NCBI GenBank assembly: GCA_951406725.2
Contig: OX597816.1
Location: 28,892,001 to 28,956,000, forward strand
Reading direction: 5' to 3'
Source: Octopus vulgaris
Taxonomy: Eukaryota
DNA length: 64,000 bases
Made by a program: the position numbers and the translations under genes. Positions 41,460 through 54,257 of this stretch are shown one piece after another. The stretch's first letter is position 1. The number at the start of each line of letters is the position of its first letter. Below the pieces are notes generated by a model, which saw only the letters and a program-made list of their open reading frames with translations, was not told the origin of the DNA and did not search any database.

Positions 41460-44144
41460 GTTTAATATCTTTAGGACTGTCCAGCGTATTATTAGGGGTT
41501 ATTTAATTGCTGTTTTTATCAGGTCGTTGCTGTTAAATTTGCGTCAAATTTACTCATAAAAAACATACTGAAAATATGAGAGAGGTACCAAAATGATTCT
41601 GACATGACATTTATTTCATAGATACTCATCTGAAAGACCATGTGAGGATGTTTAGGGAAATGTACATCCCATGTATCATCCCTTCACCTGGTCATTGTAA
41701 GCCATTAACCGTAGCAATTCCGCAGCATGTATTTGGATAAGTGCTCCTGGAAAAGATAACAAATGCTTTCTTATTTTTTGCTGACGAGTGTCATAAATTT
41801 CAAATAAAGAAAATCCCGTCTGTTACATTACATCCACAGGATACATGGATGACTTTTGACTTACAAAGTTATATTTATAATACGTATATTTCACTACGAT
41901 ACATCAGGTTGACCTGTCTCCTATGGCTTACATATTATTCCAGAGAGATAGTAAAATATACTATCGCAGAATATATCCAGCCAAACTTTTGAAATATAAA
42001 CTAGCATGATTAATTGCATTATTTCGTGGAAATATTACAATTACTAGCGGTACATCAGCATGGCAAGAGTTTTAGGGCTCAAACTTATAAAAGAATAAAT
42101 TCAGAATAATTCAGCTGCTAATTCACATACGCATATACAAATGACCTCTCTAGAACACCCACTCACTGATTTTTCTTCCTTTTCACATCGTATCCACAGT
42201 TATTGAAATGCATTTTCAAGTCCACAGCTCTCGTAAAGCATGCAAAGATTATAGACGGTAACACTTCATGTAGAGTCGATCAGTAAAAAAGGAAAAATAA
42301 TAATTAAAAATGTGGAAACCGCGATATTAACTCAGAAATGACACAAGACACAAAACATATTGTTGGCTACTCCGCTTGTTCTATCCCTCACCGCTGTTGT
42401 TTATGGTGGTGCTAAACATTGATTAATACCATTAGAAACTATAACTTTTTGACAAACATATTGGACTCATGTACACACAATAAGTGTCCATCAACAAACA
42501 ATCTTTGCAGTTCAGTTTCCCAGTAGAAATATTAAGTTATCTTTCTAAGTTAATTCACTGAATTGTATAGAGATAATATAAGGCTAATATTTGCATATCT
42601 AATTTAAAGTCTCGTTTAAAGCCAGCCTGAAAATATGAAAAGCATGCTTAGGGTGACCTAGATGTCATGCAAGTGCTTTCAATAGATCAAATATTAAAAA
42701 AATTATCCAAGGGGTAGGTGGTATGCTACATCTACTATTTAGAAATGTTACAAATATAAATTACGTTGTAAGGTAATTGTATAAATTATTTAATATTGCT
42801 TTGAAGAGAAATAATTTTTGCTTTGTTTTACAATTGTATAGTTTACTAATCAAAACAAAAAAGAGGACGGGTTGGTGTTTATAGTTATTAGCATTATCAG
42901 CTATGTAAAATATTAAAGCAGGGAAGGACTACAAATTTGCGGCACCAAATAATCATTTCACAGTTCAGTCACCATGATCGACTGAAATGCTCTCTACCAA
43001 CGATTTTAAGCTCATCAATTCCCATAGAAAACAGAAATTGAATACGTAATCAATCACTGAAAACAGACAGATAGATAGGGAGACACATAGCGATTACCTC
43101 TTATCATATCAGCCATCTAACTTCTCATCTGGCATCTAACATAATTTTCAATGCAATTCAAACTGCATATGCTTATTTTGTAGTGCTTTGTTTAAAACCA
43201 GAAAATAAAATGATTATATAAAAATTAACAATTTTGATTATTGCGACATTTTCAAGATAAAGCTTCAGGAGCTCTGGTATCTATATATTTGTAAAATAAG
43301 TTTGAAAGTGAAAATTTGCATTTGATATTTATATTTTTTAGCACATTTTGTACATTTAATTATCAAATGGCGTAGGAAAATTAATTTATTTAATTTCAAT
43401 GAAAAGATCGTGCATGAGATTTTGTTTTACATTTGTATGTTTTATATTAGATGCTTTCCTAAAAAGAAATGTATCTTTGACGCCAGAATTAGATGTACTG
43501 TAGCATTACTTTGCAACGCGTTACAAATTAGCATATGAAATCGGTATTCTAATGTAATTAAGATAAAAGAAAACGCATTTCTGAAATAATTTCTCTAAGG
43601 TAACATATGTTAAATAAAATTAACGTAAAATAATAGATGAATAAACTTTGACATATTAAGCTTATTGCAAATAATTAACATTTCATATTAAAATATACCA
43701 TCTTATGCATCATCACCACGAAATGATCGATGCATTGACGCGTGCGTGCTGCGTTTACTTTCAGTATTAATCCACATCTTATTCAAATAATCTTAGAGAT
43801 AGTATTTATATGAGAGTTATCTTTTCCTCGATACTAAGTGCAATAAAAGTGGTGGTGATTTACAATGAAAACATGTAACATAAAATGACGTCCTTCCGTA
43901 ATCGCATGAATATCAACCTTTCTTTGTATTCGGCATCATCAAGCAAGTATTGAACCCAGTTAGTTCCCAACCTCTTTTATTTTCCTTCTATTCCATTGTA
44001 AAACATTATATACTTATCAACTGCGAATACTCTACAATATATACAAAATCATATACAACTGCCTGAGTGTGAGCGTAGCTTCTGTGATTTTCCATTTTTT
44101 GGAGCAATTTCCCTTTATTCAATGTTTTTTTTTTGCACACCGTT

Positions 44145-44213
44145 TTGTCTTAATAACTGATGAGATGCCGGAGCAGACTTCAGGCCCGGTATCAGAAACT
44201 TTTATTATGACAA
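44145..44213 (+). ncRNA. Hammerhead-like motif with collapsed stem III
   Basis: Stem I ttgtcttaataa/ttattatgacaa, CUGAUGA, stem II gatgccgg/ccggtatc, a-GAAA, then only ctt. Confidence 0.55.
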
Positions 44214-44305
44214 CCAATTAAGTGTCACATATATCTATAAATAAATTCCTCTATTTTACATAATATCGACGTCTCATTCAGACTTTTGTTGCCATATCAT
44301 TATTA

Positions 44306-44366
<61 letters not shown>

Positions 44367-45367
44367 TTGACTCATTTTCAGAACATCATGGAATCCTTAT
44401 ATCATGCCCAAACGTTGGAAAATAAATGAAATGTCAAGGTATGAACGGAGCCTTTGTCGATGGATCAAAATGAAACAGATATTCAATCCTCGGGCAAACA
44501 GATCTAAAAACCATACGTCATACATCTTCATTCTTTTTAAACGCTATACTTCTAGAATATTTTTAACATTCTCTCCATCAAATCACATACAACGATATAC
44601 ACTTGGCATACAGTTCTCATACGAAATGTATTCAGTCATCTCGTTTTCAATGGGATCATAATCCAGTGGTGCGCTTAACGAACGGAATGTGACTTATATG
44701 CATGTGTGAATAAAGTTGATATGGGGAATACTGTCTTAAGTGCAGTGAAGATGTGGAAGATATGCCGGGATTTATGCATAGAAACTCCTAGCAAGAAGCA
44801 CGTTTATGTAAAGAACTACTCTCACTCCTGAATAAGGAAAGTCGGAAACTCCCTATAAAAATCGGAACCAGATGCTGCCACATCTTAATACATAAAGGCC
44901 CCCGACCCGCATCATTTAAATATCTGGTCAAAGGAGTTCAGAAGTATACATATTGTATATGTGCATATATTCTAAAGACACGTGAGAGAGACTATTATTA
45001 TGGCAAGAAACACAACCGACTGCAACAGCGTCAAACTATCTCATTTATCAAATATTAATTACTTAACAAGAGCTGAAGTGACAGTAGCAACATCGGTTAT
45101 TCGTGTTAATGACTATTGTTCACAATATAAAACAGCCAGCACACACTTTTCACAACCGAAACAGGAAAAGAGACACCTTCCAAAAATATATATATGGCCA
45201 CTAAAATACAGATAATTCCCATTTAGTACTTAGTCGGAAAATATTGTCACACGCAAAACCATACCAATGAAATAGTTACTTCTGCCAGCTTTGTGTCAGT
45301 AAATCTTCTCACATGTTCGAATTTAGGAATCAGATGCTAAATATCGAAACTTTGAATTAGTGTATTA

Positions 45368-45747
45368 CTAGCAGTATCGCCCGGTGTTGCTCGGGTTTGT
45401 TTTGACCCTTTAGAATTAAAATTTTTAAAAAGTTAAAATCGTGCATTATGTAACTTGTTATTCTCTTTAAGTGAACATTTTTCTGGTTGAAATACACCGA
45501 AAAATGGCGACACAGAAGTCAAAAAATCTTTAAAAATAGGGATCTTCATTGAAAAAAAACACACCTTTTTGATGTAAATAATTTTTGGTGTTAACATGGT
45601 CCGATTTGAATTTTTTCTTCTACGAAAGGAAGAGCAAGCCTTCTATTATACTCGCAATTTTGGTCAACTTGCGCCGCAGGTTCTCAGAGGAGATTGTGTC
45701 AGTTGAAGGCTACCAAACAGACAACCTCAGCTTTATATATAGAGAGA
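45368..45747 (-). mobile_element. Complete non-autonomous Helitron
   Basis: Minus strand A|TCTCTCTATATATAAAG ... hairpin cccgagcaacaccggg ... CTAG|T; no TSD. Confidence 0.9.
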
Positions 45748-47397
45748 TTGCAAACGCGAAATCATCAAAACGCTGTCATTTCAAAACTATAGTTTTTTTT
45801 TTGTGAGATAGCAGTGCATCACACCGAGCATATTATTAGGATATCACTGTGTGTGGAAATAAATATAGGGAGGAGGAGCTTTAATATGTTTGTGTGTACG
45901 TGTGTGTTTGGGTCTTGGTGGCTTGGACATTGAAAGGTGATGTGAGGAGCAGAGCTGTGTGTGAAGGATATGCTTCACTGAAGCTGACACGCACCCAGAT
46001 ATTTCTTTGTTTAGAGGTTGCTATAGAGGCAGTAGTGGGTTGAAATAATGTACCCTTTTTTTGAATAGGCTGGACCGTGACTGGGAGATTTATGATATGC
46101 ATTAGCAACACCATTTCAGATGTGAGTGTTAGATTCCCTCGTAGCATTCAACTGAATTGTATAAACCGTTAATGATTATTAATGCGGTAAGGAGAAAGAA
46201 TCTTCTGAACGTGTCATTATTTATTTATTCATTTTTCATTGTTGCATGTCGTCAAACACGGAGGTGAAAAATTCCAAATAATCCGTTCCATATTTCATTT
46301 AAGTTTTTATGTTCAGCAGTTGTTTCCGTGGGAGAAAATGTCGCAATTTTATAACGAATTAGCATATATATAGAATATTTTAGTGTGCCGTTATATATTC
46401 ACTATACCACATTTTTTACTGTCCGATCTCTTCTCCTCATGAGTGTTTTATTGTATTTCCTATTACTCTGTGTGTCCTTTTTATGCATGATATTTCGCTC
46501 TCTTTCGTTTCAAACATTTTACATATCACACGAACGTCCTTTGCGCCGTAAATAATATTTCTGTGTATGTTGGCTTCAATAGAATATATTATTTAACTTT
46601 GCACATGGATCTTATCGTTTATTACACATTTTTTTACATGACGATAGGATAGGTGCTTTCATAACGTTTTGAGGTATTTTTCCCCTTTCCACACAAACTA
46701 TAAATCATTTCTAGCCCAGCTTATGAGCAAGGGAGCATCTGTGATGAAAAGACTTGCTTACTTTAATTTCTCTCTACTTTTATCGCTTCCTTTGTCTCTT
46801 TCCAGCTCCCTCTCTCTTTCTGACTATTTCTTCCTCTGCCAGCTTTTCTATCTACCTCTCTCCTTTACTCTCTCGCTCTCTTTCTCTCTCTGTATGTACA
46901 TAGCACCACAAATGTATGTATAATATAAATTCAATGCTACAAGTCTGGGCGTTGATATTTATATGGTTAGAAACTTCTGGGCTATAAAACTTTTTCAACG
47001 ATTAAAATGTTTGTTAAACATGAACATTTACATTACATTTCTTTAGGTTTGCTACCAGCAATTATTAGGTGTGTCATTTCTTTATGTCTACAAATTAGCG
47101 CAATGGAACACAACGATAATATTAGTATATTTAACTTCCTTTCTTTTTCGTCACTAGCTTGTGTATCACAAACAACTCGAGTTGTTCACACAGTGAGTTC
47201 TAGGATTTTATAATCTATTTTGTGCTTTTCGATAGACGCATTCACGGCTATGCTGCAATAAGTTACATGTGAAAATATAATGTAAGACTAAAATTACTTT
47301 GTTAGGTAGTGGGTTAATCAAACTTAATTCGTTACGATAGCAAAGCTCGATACTGGTTAGGGTATAAATATTAAAATCCCTTAATTACCAATTATTC

Positions 47398-47497
<100 letters not shown>

Positions 47498-48027
47498 AAA
47501 TAATGAATATATTGAAAGTGAGTGTTCGCTCTAGTGGTAGCCAAGGATGAGATTCTGTATATTATTTCAATTGAATTGATCACAGAGATGTTAGTTGTCA
47601 GTCATCATTGCAGCAAATTATAAAACACGTACGCAGACATATATATATATTTGCTATTTCATCTTTAAATATGAAAAATTAAATTTATTAGGTTTTTATT
47701 ATATGTGCATATACATTTATTTATAGAGATTATTTTAGATCTTAATTATAATATTTATATATTTTCATTGATAATTTATATATATTAGTCATTTTTAAAT
47801 ATTTATGTAATTAGATATAGACTAATACCGATATTAGATTATGCGTGGGTTTCCAACCTTATAAATTAAAATTAATATTTAACATTATAATCGATTTTGA
47901 TATAATCATAAATGTTAAGTTCTATGTTTCTAGTTTGATAATAGAGTTTATTATAAGTAAAATTATCATATTATTTATATCTTAAAAATATTGTTTAAAT
48001 ATTTCTGATTATATTTTAGATATTTCA

Positions 48028-48100
48028 ATCACCTGAAGATTGACTGTAACCATAACTCGAATTATTACGAATTGGACAGCCATGAAACGATCGTAGTGTT
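48028..48100 (+). ncRNA. Minimal type I hammerhead ribozyme
   Basis: aucac-CUGAAGA-u-ugacugu...acagcca-u-GAAA-CGAUCG-UA|gugtt; palindromic stem III; predicted cut after 48095. Confidence 0.7.
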
Positions 48101-48394
48101 TTACTCATTATCTTTTATTAAACTTTTAATAATTTTGATATATATTTAAAATAATATAAATTAATTAATTTTATGTATTGGCTTAAGCTTTTCGTTGTTT
48201 GATTTGCCTAATAGTGGTTTTATCTCTAATTTAATATATATATATATACATACATGAACACTACGCTACACTATACACACACACACACACACATTTGTTG
48301 TATTTCGGGATGTTAATTTTTTGTCCCAAGTAAACAAGCATTATATATTCGTTCTTCACTCGTTTATTACTGTTCTTATTCTAACTCATCTCCA

Positions 48395-48441
48395 TTGCCC
48401 GGAAATCTTTCGTCACACATTTGTGACCACTTCAGCGACAC
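48395..48441 (-). ncRNA. Variant minimal hammerhead motif
   Basis: ugucg-CUGAAGU-g-gucac(aaaugu)gugac-GAAA-GAUU-UC|cgggca. Confidence 0.55.
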
Positions 48442-48750
48442 TTTCCGTCTTCGTATGCTCTCTTGCTGCGCTTAATCCATTTTTTCCTTCTTTATTAGTG
48501 CTTTTGTTCGTTTAGGGGACTCGTCAAGACAAAATCAAAATGATAAAAACCGAACATTCCTTTGTTCATTTATGGGATTCGGATAATTTTTGCTTTCTTT
48601 GGAAGAGGAGAATAATATATTTTGTGATTCTGGAAAAAAGAGTGACGAGAGAAAGATAAGTAATGAGGGGGAACATAGATACCGAAAAATGTTTCATGGT
48701 AATCAAGAAAGAGGAAGAAAAGTAAAGTAAAGGATGGGGAAAGGATAGAC

Positions 48751-48805
<55 letters not shown>

Positions 48806-49655
48806 AAGAGAGCGCGGGAGGTTTCTTTTCAATTTGATGTGTCAGCCCATTGAAATTTTATTACAAAGCATTTTTCTTTTTTTACTTAATTTTTTCTCTT
48901 CCTCCTTTACCCTTATCAACATATTTGTAAATAAACACATTTTTCACAAAGGGCTAGATGACCTTTCAAGATCTTAATTTCGGAAGTACGACGGGAAAGA
49001 TAAGAAAAGATAGGAGAGTGCAGTCATCATTGAAAAGAAGAAAAGATCAAAGGCCTATGAAAATGCATATTCCATTATTCATGTTTTGGCAAGTCCTATA
49101 TTCTGTGTAATTCCATGTTTTGCACCAATAAACGTTAATTATTAGTACAACCTTCATAAATTAGGAAAGTAAAGACAGAATATAAAAAGTAATTTGAATT
49201 GATAATGTTTGGTTTTCAGTCTACTCTCTATGTACATTTAGTCGGACACCATATATATATATTGTATATTTAGCAGGATATAAATTATGTAACAAAGCAG
49301 AGCTTGCTTAAATATATTTTTGAGTATCATTAAGCCTTTCGTAGGATTTCTTCATTTTTTGTTTGCTTGCTTGGGAATTTCTGACAGCCTCCTTTTACTC
49401 AATATATAATATCTGTACACCACTTCAAGCACTTTATGCATACATACATACATACATACATACATACATACATACATACATACATGCATACATATGTATA
49501 TATTATATTATATATATATATATATATATACAAAATCAGAAAATGGAGAAATACATCTAAATCATTAATCAACTACCAGATAATACCCAATCACATACTT
49601 TATTGAACTTTATTGAACCACTACATAAGAACATTAATATATATATATATATATA

Positions 49656-50449
49656 TACAAGTAATAAGAGAGAGACCACACGTGGTCACTCTAATGCTAG
49701 AAATAGATCGGCAAAGGGAATCCACCACTAAAGAATTGTTCTCAAGCATTAATTCAACGCTGGACAAATGAAAAATAACGAAAAAATAGATTAACTCTAT
49801 ACAATTGTTTCATCGTTAATAGATTGTGTAATTTTACTTACGTAATCATTTTCGAATCCTCAGTAGAGTATATCAAAAATATAATTCGCTGAATCGAACG
49901 CCAAAATCCATACAAAGCCGAGCAAAGGCAAACGGCACAGCCGATTATATTTGCAGTTATGTTCAAATATCCTCATTTTTGGCGCGTTGAAAATACAGGA
50001 TGTAAATACTACCCCAGTAATTTACTGCCGGTTTGAGAACATATTAATTTTAATTAAAATCACAATAAGGGTGAAAAAAATTGAATATTAATTAATAACA
50101 TCAATTTAGAACACCAAGTGGCCTAGCGTAAAAAATGATTATGTAAGTAAAATTACATAATCTATTAACGATGAAACAATTGTATAGAGTTAATCTATTT
50201 TTTCGTTACTTTTCATTTGTCCTGCCCGCTTACATTCTTGGCGTGTTGAATTAATGCTTGAGAACAATTCTTTAGTGGTGGATTCCATTTGCGGATCTAT
50301 TTCTAGCGTTAGAGTAACCACATGTGGCCTCACTCTTATTACTTGTATTAATTATTTTTACTGTATCCCAGTTTTTTTTACGCTAGGCCACTTGGTGTTC
50401 TAAATTGATGTTATTAATTAATATTCAATTTGTTTCACCCTTATTGTGA

Positions 50450-50458
<9 letters not shown>
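49656..50458. mobile_element. Hammerhead-containing non-coding element as two inverted, circularly permuted copies between (TA)n tracts
   Basis: 49656-49852 is the reverse complement of ~50132-50347; ~50050-50135 is the reverse complement of ~50373-50458. Confidence 0.8.
49794..49869 (-). ncRNA. Minimal type I hammerhead ribozyme, core motifs intact
   Basis: ACUCUA-CUGAGGA-uucg...cgau-GAAA-CAAUUG-UA|UAGAGU: perfect 6-bp stem I, palindromic stem III, GUA triplet; predicted cut between 49800 and 49799. Confidence 0.8.
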
Positions 50459-50491
<33 letters not shown>

Positions 50492-50506
50492 GTGTGTGTG
50501 TGTGTC

Positions 50507-50539
<33 letters not shown>

Positions 50540-50823
50540 CATATATATATGCATATATATGTATATATATATATTTATGTATATAAATATATATACATAT
50601 ATATATATACGCATACACACACACACGCACTCACACACATATATGTATATGTGTCGTTCAATGCTCGAAATGAGGAATAGAGAGCTAACAACTGTTGAAG
50701 GGTCATTTTGTGTGTTACTTGTACAGTTTTCTATTTCTTCTCTCTGCGCATTGAACTAATTTGTTTTCCTATTTCATATTGTATGCTGTTTACTGTCGGT
50801 GACGTCATGTACCCATATACACA

Positions 50824-50926
<103 letters not shown>

Positions 50927-51041
50927 TCATATATATATGGGTACAGGACGTCACCAACAGTAAACAACATGAAATACGAAAACAAATGAGTTGATAAACA
51001 AAGGAAAGAAACAAATAGAAAATAGAAGTAACGCAAAGAAC

Positions 51042-51112
<71 letters not shown>

Positions 51113-51463
51113 ATAAACATGCAATATGTTTGTTATTGAGGTTTTGAGATAAAGGTCCACAATATGTGAATTAGAGTTTATATTAATACTTGTGATATTA
51201 GTCGGTACTAAAAGTAATAAAATCCTGGGTATAAATCGAGATACATTATTATTTTCCGTTACTTTTTGCTTTTTGAGTTGCTGAAACCCTGCGGGATGAG
51301 GGGAGAGGGTTAGGGTCAGTCCCTTAATCTAATTGGTCATCTATTGCTTTGAAAGTCCATAACTTTGTTATGATTGTTTAATGGATAACCAATGGCATAA
51401 ACAACAAAGCAGGCCAAAATAGGCAAACATATATATATATATATATATACGTATGTATGTGTA

Positions 51464-51528
<65 letters not shown>

Positions 51529-51846
51529 ATATATATGTGTGTGTGTGTTTATTCCTCATTTGCATAAATTTTCATTCCTACAAAACTAAAATCCCCTTAA
51601 GCTAGATTGCTTATTTAAATTCCACTATTATTTCTCTTTTGAAAATTCTCTTTTCTCTATTTGCACTTTATCTACTACGAATAATATAATAAACCTAATA
51701 ATAATATTAATAACTGATTTCGTTGTATGCATATACATATGCATATGTATATATGGTTATGTACTTTTGTATATATATATGCATATGTAGGAATGTTTAT
51801 ATAAGTATGTATTTATATCTATAACTTAACCTTATGAACTTTCTAA

Positions 51847-51962
51847 ACTCCCTGACGAAGCCCAGAGCTACACCCATGTACCTCAGTGTTATCTAGCAAA
51901 TACTTCAGTTCACTGAAGGGATGGAAGGGCGGTATTGTGACCCCTTGGCTGAAACAGCTGTA
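51847..51962 (+). ncRNA. Hammerhead motif with long stem II; 3' strand of stem I missing
   Basis: acucc-CUGACGA-agcc...(~85 nt)...ggcu-GAAA-CAGCUG-UA. Confidence 0.6.
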
Positions 51963-52765
51963 ATAATCTATTCTCCTTTCTATGTTCTACGTTATATATT
52001 CTAATAATTACTCGTATATACAGAGACGTATATGTGCGTAAAGCATGATATGTTATATATGTATGTATATTATTATAATTGTCTTTTTAGAAAATAAATA
52101 GACGCAGTATAATGTCGAAAAGTTGATGAATACCACCTCTTGAGTCCTTTATTTTCTTATTGCCGTTTATATTAAAGTTAAAACAACTTTTCACCCTCGC
52201 CCATGTATTGCATTCAGTAAGGTAATTGCCAGGCAATAAAAAAATACTTGTGTATTAATAATTGGGTATTCTACAAGCAGTATATTGGATAGATATTATC
52301 CCTTACTTTGTTGGATTCAGAACCTCTCTCTTGTGTTTTATATATAATTATAACGATATAATTATAATTATGGGCACTGGAGGAACAATGCCTATCCTTG
52401 AGACAGACGTCAAAGAACTATAAACCACTTTGTATTTGTATTTGCACTCAATTACTACAAGCCTGAATTTGGGGAAAATGGATGAAAATAATTTCGTAAA
52501 ACTTTTGTTAAAATTAAATATTCAGACCTGTGGTTTAGTACTCAGCCTACATCAGAAGGATATAGACTATTGATGAAAATAGTGTATTTATTATTAAACC
52601 AGAAGTCTGAAGCTTTAGGGTTAACCATTTTTTACGAGGTATTTCTTATCCATTTTTCTCGCATTCAACTTTGTGATAATGGAGGGCAAATTCAAATTGG
52701 TTTATATCTAGCATATGCACTGTTGCTTCAGTCCCCTTAATTATAATTATATCTTCATAATTCTA

Positions 52766-52896
52766 GAAACACACAAAAGCCGTTCGATTCACTTCAACAT
52801 TTAAGTTTAATTTGTCAAAATATTTTCGTCGCTATAAGACCGCGACCTGTTCACTGACAAAAATCCGTGCTGAATCGAACGGCTTTTATGTGTTTC
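52766..52896. mobile_element. Short element with 26-bp inverted ends enclosing a hammerhead-shaped fold (minus strand)
   Basis: gaaacacacaaaagccgttcgattca / tgaatcgaacggcttttatgtgtttc. Confidence 0.7.
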
Positions 52897-53032
52897 TTAA
52901 ATGGCTTACAAACACCTTCCACAGTTCATAATTCTATATTTATATATTGATTTTACCTGTATGGTTTTTATTATATGCTGGCTACTGATAAATCATTAAT
53001 TTTTTTATGATTTTTACCATTATGTATGTTTG

Positions 53033-53081
<49 letters not shown>

Positions 53082-53088
<7 letters not shown>

Positions 53089-54257
53089 AATAAAATAGAA
53101 CATATGCATATATATAAACATATATGTACGTACCTACCTCTACATGTACATATACACGCATATATGTGTACAGGACACCAGAAAGACGTCGAACACATAG
53201 AGAGACGAAAAACATAGACACAAACCAAGGAACAGGACAAGCAAAAAAAGAAAAAAAGAGATACAGGACAATAAGCACAACGAAAAATCCCCTTCTTCAG
53301 TCGCTAAGGTTTCATCTACTCTACGTTTCGAAGGATAAAAGCGAGACGTATACTTCGAAGAAACTTCCTTCCTGCGAAAAGCAAATCAATTAAAATTCTG
53401 AGATCTTTTCGCAGAGGGGTAAAAAAATGGTAAAAAAAGCAAGACGGTAACGACAGTACAAACATATAAACAGTAAAAAAAAAAAAAAATTGTATATAAA
53501 CAGTTGAAAAATAAATATATAACAGTGAGAGACAGGACAAGGAGAACAAGATAAGAAGGGCTGTTTACGCCAGACGAAAAAAGTAATGCAAACGCTGGAT
53601 TATAGTGGACGACGAGAGAGAAAGAATGTCGACCAGTGGCCTTAGAAGGCGGGCGAGAAAAACAGGATAGCAGTTACGACGGAAGTATCGTCGCAGATGG
53701 ACGACGGGAATGGGGGAGGAGGAGCAAGAGGAAGAGAGAGAAGAAGGGGAATGGTGCGAGGAGACCATGAAGAATGGTGAGGGGGAGAGAGAGAATGAAG
53801 AATGAGAGAGAGAGGAAGAGACAAGTTAAGTGAGGGAAAAAGGACGAAAAAGGGAATGGGAGAGAAAGAAAGAAAGATGCAGAGTCGCGTGAGAGTTAAT
53901 ATCAAGGCTAACTTGATAAACAGAACAATCTTACTTAATAGGGTGCGTGCGTTTAGTCGTATAATATGTTAATAAAATAGAACATATGCATATATATAAA
54001 CATATATGTACGTACCTACCTCTACATGTACATATACACGCATATATGTGTACAGGACACCAAAAAGACGTCGAACACATAGAGAGACGAAAAACATAGA
54101 CACAAACCAAGGAACAGGACAAGCAAAAAAGAAAAAAAGAGATACAGGACAATAAGCACAACGAAAAATCCCCTTCTTCAGTCGCTAAGGTTTCATCTAC
54201 TCTACGTTTCAAAGGATAAAAGCGAGACGTATACTTCGAAGAAACTTCCTTTCTGCG

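Noticed and set aside
45881-46147. 88-aa minus-strand ORF
   Set aside because: No recognisable domain and ends in a CA repeat; probably a repeat relic.
53290-53380. Type II hammerhead in the direct repeat
   Set aside because: Motifs are present but stem I cannot be formed convincingly.
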